DNA of 64,000 bases. Origin: Candidatus Multivoradales bacterium. Lineage in GTDB: Bacteria; Acidobacteriota; Thermoanaerobaculia; Multivoradales; JAHEKO01. Both the position numbers and the translations under genes were made by a program. The notes beneath the pieces were generated by a model, which saw nothing but the letters and a program-made list of their open reading frames with translations, searched no databases and was not told where the DNA came from. This document shows positions 57,741-64,000 of the stretch, in pieces. The stretch lies in assembly GCA_965248055.1 (NCBI GenBank), contig CBDFIJ010000004.1, positions 2,400,001-2,464,000 of the forward strand, given 5' to 3'. The first letter of the stretch is position 1. Every line of letters begins with the position of its first letter.

Positions 57741-59099
57741 ATGAGCAAGACTCATACCCCAAACTCATCGCACTCCGAGCGCCGCAATTTGCCGTCGGTG
57801 GATCGGGTGCTAGGTACTGGGGTGATCGTCTCGCTACAGCAAGTATATGGGCGCACCGCGGTCCGCGAGGCGGTACGTAGCAGGCTGGAGGAGAGCCGCC
57901 GAAATCTAACTCGATTTCCAGAAAACGATGACGAAGTGGCGCGCGATGTCGAATCGGCGCTGATCGCGCGGTTTGGACCGCCGCTTCAGCGGGTGATCAA
58001 TGCTACCGGTATTTTGGTGCATACCAATCTCGGGCGATCCCCCCTCCCGAGCTGGGCCGCAGATCGCTTGGCTGGTTTGGTCGATGCTTACTGTGATCTG
58101 GAGTTTGATCTTTCGAGCGGTCATCGAGGGGACCGTAACCATCGGGTCGAAGCATTACTTTGTGCGTTAACCGAAGCTCCTGCTGCTTTGGTGGTCAATA
58201 ACAACGCCGCTGCGGTGTTTTTGTCTTTGATGACCTTTGCCAAAGGGAAAGAAGTGTTGATCTCGCGCGGTGAAATGGTTGAGATCGGCGGATCCTTTCG
58301 GGTGCCGGAGATCATTGAGGCGAGTGGGGCTAGCCTGGTGGAGGTGGGAACCACCAATCGCACCCGGATTACCGACTACCAGCAGGCGATTACTGACAGC
58401 GCGGCGGTCTTGCTTAAAGTCAATCCGAGCAACTACCGAATCGAGGGGTTTACCGCGAGTGTGCCAACTGAGGAACTAGTCGCCTTGGGGCAGCGTCGTG
58501 GGCTCCGGGTGATTGTTGATGAGGGCAGTGGTCTGCTGGTTCGTTCATCGAGAGACCAGCTCAACGATCATCAAAGCCTTGCCGAGTTGGTACAGTGCGG
58601 CGTTGATTTGGCTTGCGGGTCCGGCGACAAGCTCATGGGCGGGCCTCAAGCGGGGATCATGGTGGGAACCCGGGAGATGATCGCAAGTTGTCGAAAATCA
58701 CCGATGTATCGGGCGCTCAGGCCGAGTCGTTTAACGCTGCTAGTTCTGCGGATGGTGCTTGAGGGCCATCTGCGCGGAGCGGAGTTCCCCTTGCAGTCGT
58801 TGTGGCCAGAAAACAGCGACCTGCGCCGACGCTTGACCACATTGCAAGAAAAGGTCGGTGGTTCGATTGTTGAAAGAGATGCTTTCGTTGGCGGGGGCTC
58901 GGCGGCGCAACGAGGAATTTCGGGTCCGGTATTGGCGATCGAAGGTGGTGAAGCATTGCAGGTCGAACTGCGCACGGCGGACCCTTCGGTGGTTACCTAT
59001 GTGCGAGATGACTTGGTGCATGTGGATCTGCGGACGGTGAATCCGCGTGACGAGGATCAAGTGGTCTCTGCATTTGCTGCCGTGCGAGCCTTGGATTGA
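57741..59099 (+). CDS. selA: L-seryl-tRNA(Sec) selenium transferase
   Basis: RVINATG.LVHTNLGR.P, VNNNAAA, SRGE.VEIGGSFR, EVGTTNRT, SGDKLMGGPQAG. Confidence 0.95.
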   Translation: MSKTHTPNSSHSERRNLPSVDRVLGTGVIVSLQQVYGRTAVREAVRSRLEESRRNLTRFPENDDEVARDVESALIARFGPPLQRVINATGILVHTNLGRSPLPSWAADRLAGLVDAYCDLEFDLSSGHRGDRNHRVEALLCALTEAPAALVVNNNAAAVFLSLMTFAKGKEVLISRGEMVEIGGSFRVPEIIEASGASLVEVGTTNRTRITDYQQAITDSAAVLLKVNPSNYRIEGFTASVPTEELVALGQRRGLRVIVDEGSGLLVRSSRDQLNDHQSLAELVQCGVDLACGSGDKLMGGPQAGIMVGTREMIASCRKSPMYRALRPSRLTLLVLRMVLEGHLRGAEFPLQSLWPENSDLRRRLTTLQEKVGGSIVERDAFVGGGSAAQRGISGPVLAIEGGEALQVELRTADPSVVTYVRDDLVHVDLRTVNPRDEDQVVSAFAAVRALD

Positions 59100-59130
59100 T
59101 GGAACGAGTCGAAGGCGAAAATGGTCGTCG

Positions 59131-59916
59131 CTAGTACAGACCAACGTAAGCGGCGACGATCTGGGGTCCATAGAACAACGCCACGGCGCCTCCGATGGCG
59201 AGAAACACGCCAAATGGGATCTTAGATTTCCAGCCCGCTCTGCCAAATAACATCATCGCGATTCCAACCACCGCGCCGGTAGTGGTTGCTACCGCCAGGG
59301 CAACGACCCCGTTTTGCCACCCGAGGAATGCCCCCAGCATCGCCATCATGTTGACGTCGCCCAATCCCATAGATTCTTCTTCGCGAATCCAATACCAAGT
59401 GTTGATTAGCAGGATCAGGGCGCCGGCGCCGCCTAGCGCACCGATCAACGAGTGAGCGAAATGCCCGTTGGGGATCCACGGTTGCAGCAGGACACCTAGT
59501 GCGACGCCGGGCAGAGTAATTAAGTCGGGGAGGATCATGTGTTCGAAGTCGATCACCGCCAATGCAAGAAGAGCGGAGAGAAAGACCGCAGCGATCCAGC
59601 CACTGGAGTCAAAACCAAAATGCCACGCCGCGACCACGAACAGGGTCCCGGTCGCTAACTCAATCATCGGATAGCGCGTCCCGATCGGTTCTCGGCAATG
59701 ACGGCACTTGCCGCCAAGGATCAAGTAGGAGAGAACCGGGATGTTGTCCCAGAAGCGAATCGGTTGCTCGCAGCGGCGGCAGCGAGACGACGGACGCCAC
59801 AACGACTGTTCTTGAGGCAGGCGCAGAATCACCACATTCAAGAAACTTCCGACGATTAGCCCGACGACAAAGAAATAGCCGAGCGCGACAGCGGGTGGCA
59901 GAGCAGCGAGTGACAT
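59131..59916 (-). CDS. pilD: Prepilin peptidase (A24)
   Basis: GSFLNVVI.RLP, two CxxC motifs, ID....LPD, MGLGD, IPFG.FL. Confidence 0.94.
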   Translation of the reverse strand: MSLAALPPAVALGYFFVVGLIVGSFLNVVILRLPQEQSLWRPSSRCRRCEQPIRFWDNIPVLSYLILGGKCRHCREPIGTRYPMIELATGTLFVVAAWHFGFDSSGWIAAVFLSALLALAVIDFEHMILPDLITLPGVALGVLLQPWIPNGHFAHSLIGALGGAGALILLINTWYWIREEESMGLGDVNMMAMLGAFLGWQNGVVALAVATTTGAVVGIAMMLFGRAGWKSKIPFGVFLAIGGAVALFYGPQIVAAYVGLY

Positions 59917-59926
59917 GAACAGGATG

Positions 59927-61381
59927 CTATCGCGCAGAGGTCTCCACAGGACGTGTTTGGTTGGCTACCGCTGCCAAGAGAGCTGCCACCACGCGCTTCA
60001 TACGCGCGACCCCCTGCTCGAACTCGTCGACAGGAACCCGCTCATCAACCCCATGAATCCCCTGGCGAACTTCGGGAGGGTAGAGAAATGGTGACAGGCC
60101 GTAGGTTGAAATACCCATCTGTCGCAAGTAGCGGGCGTCGGTCGCGCCGGAGATCATGACCGGGACCACCGGAGTGTTCTCCCCTAGAGCATCTTCGATT
60201 GCCTGCCACCAGATTCCGCTGGTGGACACCGCGGGGACGGGGGGAGAGGAGTGGAGGATTTCCAGACCGACCCCCTTGCCTAAAATGGTGCGAACCTCGC
60301 CGAGAAACTCTTCCTGGGAGGTGTCAGGAAGTAACCGTGCGTCAAGAGTTGCGTGGGCGGTCGCGGGCACCACGTTAACCGCGCTGCCAGCTTCCAGTTG
60401 AGTTACTTGGATGGTGTCCAGGAAAAGCTGATGTTGCCCCAAGCGCAACACGGTTTCCGCAGTGCCATTATCGATCGCCTGCTGAATACGATCCATGCTG
60501 GGCCCCCTGGGCGAACCGAGCTTGGCTTCAATACCGCGCAAGTAGGTCTCGACTGCTGGTGTGGTGCGGTAGTTGCGAGGTCGGTCCGCCAACGCTGCGA
60601 GCGCCCTGGCCAGGTTCTTAGGAGCGGTGTTGAGGTTCAACTTGGCACCGTGGCTAGCTCTTCCGCGGAAAGTTGCACGTAGCCAGAGGGGGCGTTTCTG
60701 TTCAAACTCGACGCCCCACCAAAGAAGCCCTTCAGAAAGAACCCGGTTGACCCCACCCTCAGTCAAGGCAACAGCGACTTCATCAAACAAGTGTGGATAG
60801 GCAGCAGTAACCCAGGCAAGCCCCTCCTCGCCACCGCTTTCCTCGTCTGCCGTGGCAAGAAAAATCAAACGGGTCCTGGGATTTTGTCGCTGTATAGCAT
60901 CGATAAACGCAGCGAGGTGAGCGACGCCGAGTCCTTTTGAGTCAATCGCTCCGCGGCCCCATATCTCAGGCCCTTGATCAACGGAGTTGATATTGAACCC
61001 GCTACGAATTTCCCCAGAGAACGGTGGAACCGTCCAATCCTCATCTCTGGCTGGCACTACATCCAAGTGATGCAAAAGTAGAATTGCCGGAAAATCTTTC
61101 GGCCCCACTTCGGCATACAGATTTGGCCGTCCCGTCGGCCCCACCAGCAATTGAGTGGCTATGCCATGACGATGTAGTTCTTCGGCCAGCAGCGCGGCAG
61201 CTTGGTGCTCGCCTTGGGCAGTGGTGCCGTTAATCTGGAGGTACGAACTCAGTAGCTCCACCGGTTGAATGGTTGTTTGGGCTCTCCCTGAGGACGCAAG
61301 GAGCAACGGCCCAAGCGACAGCCCAGCCAAGGCACAGCGAAAAAAAGTTGTTGGCGAATTCTCCAGAGATCTGAGAATCAT
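59927..61381 (-). CDS. M20/M25/M40 metallopeptidase, exported
   Basis: HHLDVVP, GRGAIDSKG, ADEESGG, TEGG, GATDARY, IHGVDER. Confidence 0.88.
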   Translation of the reverse strand: MILRSLENSPTTFFRCALAGLSLGPLLLASSGRAQTTIQPVELLSSYLQINGTTAQGEHQAAALLAEELHRHGIATQLLVGPTGRPNLYAEVGPKDFPAILLLHHLDVVPARDEDWTVPPFSGEIRSGFNINSVDQGPEIWGRGAIDSKGLGVAHLAAFIDAIQRQNPRTRLIFLATADEESGGEEGLAWVTAAYPHLFDEVAVALTEGGVNRVLSEGLLWWGVEFEQKRPLWLRATFRGRASHGAKLNLNTAPKNLARALAALADRPRNYRTTPAVETYLRGIEAKLGSPRGPSMDRIQQAIDNGTAETVLRLGQHQLFLDTIQVTQLEAGSAVNVVPATAHATLDARLLPDTSQEEFLGEVRTILGKGVGLEILHSSPPVPAVSTSGIWWQAIEDALGENTPVVPVMISGATDARYLRQMGISTYGLSPFLYPPEVRQGIHGVDERVPVDEFEQGVARMKRVVAALLAAVANQTRPVETSAR

Positions 61382-61544
61382 GAAGTGAGTCTAGAGGGTT
61401 GTGGGTTAGGTTGGTAGAGCCACGGACGGTCAAGTAGACCAAAGGCCATCATGCTTGCGATTCCGTCTGAGCGGGGAAAGGAATCGAATGTGACAAAGAC
61501 ACGAACGAATCACTCCCCGTGCGGACTCGGGGTCTGCGGTAGAT

Positions 61545-61575
61545 AAAAAAAGAGGCGCCTCTCGGCGCCTCTTTT
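61545..61575 (-). terminator. Rho-independent terminator after the pilin gene (potentially bidirectional)
   Basis: AAAAAAAGAGGCGCC-TCTC-GGCGCCTCTTTT. Confidence 0.85.
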
Positions 61576-61597
61576 ACTACCCAATGATAGTTCTAAC

Positions 61598-62254
61598 TCA
61601 GGCGACACCTGGTGCGCATGCGGGTAGCGAACCGCCGTTGGCGGCTTCCGCTTGCTGCTTACCCACCGGGAAGGCGGCGAAAGTCCCTTCTGCCCAAACG
61701 ATGTCTTGTTCGTAGCAGTTGGCATAGAACGGAACAGCAGGAGTCTCCGCTGCATCACAGGTGGCGTCGACTACTCCAGCTGCAGGACGACCACAGGAGA
61801 AGATCGCCGCTACATTCGAGCCCAGCGGGTTGACCGTGTTTAGAAAGAAGTCAAAATCCCGGCCCCAGCCATCCGATCGTGGCAAATTCTGGATATAGCG
61901 CACTCGCCCGTTGGATGGATTTGGGCATGGATCATCGCCTTCGCACAACACCAAGAATAGTTCCGCGTCCGAATGATCTATGTCTGCCTCGGTCGCATAG
62001 TGGCCGGGGTCCCAAGTGTTCGCCGTCGGGCTTGCCCCCGCAGCCGCTGCGCCGCCTTCGTCGGTGATGTATTCAAACATCGCCACGCCGATCGAACGAG
62101 CGTCGCCGACCGTATCTTTTTGCTTAGCCTTCTGCAGGGCGTCCAGTAACTCCGGGATCAAGATCGTAGCGATAATGCCGATGATCGCGATCACGATCAG
62201 CAGTTCAATCAAAGTGAAACCCTGCTGGCGCCTCGTTCTTAAGTAGTTTTGCAT
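61598..62254 (-). CDS. Type IV pilin / pseudopilin (probable major pilin)
   Basis: MQNYLRTRRQQG|FTLIELLIVIAIIGII class III signal; DGWG motif; six Cys; AAGGAG RBS; own promoter and terminator. Confidence 0.88.
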   Translation of the reverse strand: MQNYLRTRRQQGFTLIELLIVIAIIGIIATILIPELLDALQKAKQKDTVGDARSIGVAMFEYITDEGGAAAAGASPTANTWDPGHYATEADIDHSDAELFLVLCEGDDPCPNPSNGRVRYIQNLPRSDGWGRDFDFFLNTVNPLGSNVAAIFSCGRPAAGVVDATCDAAETPAVPFYANCYEQDIVWAEGTFAAFPVGKQQAEAANGGSLPACAPGVA

Positions 62255-62330
62255 CGTCGTTCTCCTTATGGGGTGTACTGATGCGGGCTTCATGAGCATC
62301 GACGCCCCAGCCGCGCTGGAGGAAAATGGA

Positions 62331-62345
62331 GCACGCCTCGTGCCA
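62331..62345 (-). promoter_or_regulatory. Sigma54 promoter of the pilin gene
   Basis: Minus strand TGGCACGAGGCGTGC (GG-N10-GC), about 77 nt upstream of the ATG. Confidence 0.65.
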
Positions 62346-62396
62346 GCCGTGTGGATTATCTAACTGTATGTAAATGAATGAGTTAACATGCCAACA

Positions 62397-62445
62397 TGTG
62401 ACCTGTCGCACAACCCTTGTGACGTTTTACGGCAAACGGTGTGAC
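62397..62445. promoter_or_regulatory. Candidate enhancer-binding-protein sites
   Basis: TGTGAC at 62397, 62418 and 62440; the first also forms TGT-N10-ACA. Confidence 0.45.
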
Positions 62446-62507
62446 AAATAACGGAGCGTCTTAATACAGGTCAATTTTGGTGGGACGAAGGTCGAGAGAG
62501 TGGTTTT

Positions 62508-63920
62508 CTAGTGGCTGCCGGCAAGGCTGACGATTTCTCGCACCGCATCTCGGTACTCGGCCACTCCATTGACGTAACTGGTAAGCAGGATTCGCTCATT
62601 GGGTCGGTCGTTTTGCATCATGCCCGCAGCGACAAACGCAAAGGGCGAATAACCGTAGGTGGTGATGTCGTGTGAGCGAAACTCCCGTCCGTCGGTACCG
62701 ACGTAGGACAACAAATAAGGTCCCGACTCACCGCCGCGTGCTGCAAGTCGCCTGGTTAGGGTTTCGAATACAGCGTGATTGGTGGTGCTTGGATTGGGTC
62801 CGGGGTAGAACTGGGCACTGCGGTTGACACCGGTCATCATCCATCCCGGAATAAGGTCATCGACATTGCCGTGTGGCCAAGCAGTTCGTTGGTTGGGCTG
62901 CCGGATTGCGAGATGGGAGGAAACAAATCCGTTTTCAAGCTCCTGAACCGATGAGGGGTTAACTCTCTCCTGTAGCAAGAGTCGAACAAAGAATGGTAGG
63001 GCGTCAACTCGCCGTTGGTCGTAGAGCAGTCTTTCTGGCTGAGCCATCACGTCAACGTGGATCGGTTGACGACGGAACCCGGCGAGACTCTTGAGAGTCT
63101 CAGCGACCTCGGGAGGCACGCCTACGCCCGCTCGGGGAATATTTCTGAGGTCGGTGTTGAGATCGTCCAGGCGTTGTCGGTTTGGAGCGCAGACGGAGAT
63201 CTGCACCCACTGCATCTGACCAACTTCAACTCCCCAATAGCGAACCACACCTTCCTCGAAGGATTCCGTGACCCCACCTTCAGTGAGAACCGTCCAAGAA
63301 CGTTCAACGATTTCTGGATGCTCGCGCAAGAACCACTTGGTCCCCAGGCGGCTGCCGGTCTCCTCGTCGGAGGTGGCGAGCAGAATCAGCGAATATTCTG
63401 GCTGAACCCCAGAAGCCGCGACATCGAGGAAGGCCAACATTTGGGCGATGCCATAACTTTTCATATCGAAGGTGCCGCGGCCAGCTATCAAAGGCCCCAA
63501 AATCCGGCCCTCAAAAGGGGGGGTATCCCAGTTTTCGGAAACTGCTGGGAAAACATCAATGTGGTGGTGTAAAACCAGCGCTTCAGGGCGTCTGCCCTCA
63601 ATCACCGCCCACAGGTTGGCCTGACCGGTGGCAAGTCTTTCCATCTGTGGTTCGATTCCATGTTGCCGAAGAATACGGGCCAGCCACTCAGCTCCGGCGA
63701 GCTCTTTGCCAGAGGTCGTCTCCTGGGCTATGTACTCTTGGAGTAGCTGCACCTCTTCCATCGAGGCGAAATCAATCCCGTGCCAATCCGGCCGGTCAAG
63801 CTCTTCAAATCGCTGCCAAATTTTCAACCCGCCCCAGGCAACAAATGTGAGAGTCAAGATCGCGATCAACAACCGACGCGGGGATCTGTGTAAGCCTGAC
63901 ATCGTACGGATCTTATCCAT
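62508..63920 (-). CDS. M20/M25/M40 metallopeptidase paralog with N-terminal TM anchor
   Basis: HHIDVFP, GRGTFDMK, SDEETG, TEGG, GTDGR; C-terminal His site reads DRPNER. Confidence 0.85.
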   Translation of the reverse strand: MDKIRTMSGLHRSPRRLLIAILTLTFVAWGGLKIWQRFEELDRPDWHGIDFASMEEVQLLQEYIAQETTSGKELAGAEWLARILRQHGIEPQMERLATGQANLWAVIEGRRPEALVLHHHIDVFPAVSENWDTPPFEGRILGPLIAGRGTFDMKSYGIAQMLAFLDVAASGVQPEYSLILLATSDEETGSRLGTKWFLREHPEIVERSWTVLTEGGVTESFEEGVVRYWGVEVGQMQWVQISVCAPNRQRLDDLNTDLRNIPRAGVGVPPEVAETLKSLAGFRRQPIHVDVMAQPERLLYDQRRVDALPFFVRLLLQERVNPSSVQELENGFVSSHLAIRQPNQRTAWPHGNVDDLIPGWMMTGVNRSAQFYPGPNPSTTNHAVFETLTRRLAARGGESGPYLLSYVGTDGREFRSHDITTYGYSPFAFVAAGMMQNDRPNERILLTSYVNGVAEYRDAVREIVSLAGSH

Positions 63921-64000
63921 CTCAAAGGGAAATGTGCTTGAACGTTCCTGCTGTCAGGTCGCAAGCTCTTCAGTGTGGCGCGATTTGTCCCAGGAGAAGG

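Noticed and set aside
57669-59130. tRNA-Sec, selB or a selenoprotein near selA
   Set aside because: No cloverleaf in the flanking gaps and no convincing in-frame TGA read-through seen by eye; tRNAscan-SE would confirm.
63954-64000. Possible 3' end of a minus-strand gene (FSWDKSRHTEELAT*)
   Set aside because: Only 14 codons at the window edge; cannot be supported.

Overview
A 64-kb, gene-dense bacterial chromosomal segment from a diderm organism (bamD, TonB-ExbBD, Tat, type IV pilin). Gene repertoire suggests Acidobacteriota/Thermoanaerobaculia-like; this is inference only. Most of the window from 13.8 kb onward is housekeeping or envelope: uvrD, truA-uppS-cdsA-rseP, rpe, bamD, tatA, rlmN, pgeF, ftsEX, exbB-exbD-exbD-tonB, ruvC, yebC, accD, folC, glyA, pccB, tldD/E-like, selA, pilD and a pilin. 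An accessory block at about 3.7-13.7 kb, more AT-rich at least in its distal part, carries an AbiEii-type toxin with an unusual partner, a sigma/zf-HC2 anti-sigma pair divergent from a caspase-like TPR-CHAT protease plus an orphan, and a convergent operon ending in a secreted S1 protease. The two best candidates for an undescribed system are (i) a glutaminase-less AsnB-like ligase + RaSEA-like radical SAM + flavin halogenase-like trio at 16.0-20.1 kb and (ii) the sigma/anti-sigma/CHAT module. Non-coding signals read by eye include a 140-bp CTAG-flanked MITE, two copies of an ECF-type promoter (GGAACY-N17-GTCTAA), a sigma54 promoter with phased TGTGAC repeats before the pilin, and two terminators. 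There is also an internally deleted mini-paralog of a TPR gene. No rRNA, tRNA or CRISPR array was seen. All family calls come from motif recognition, not database searches.
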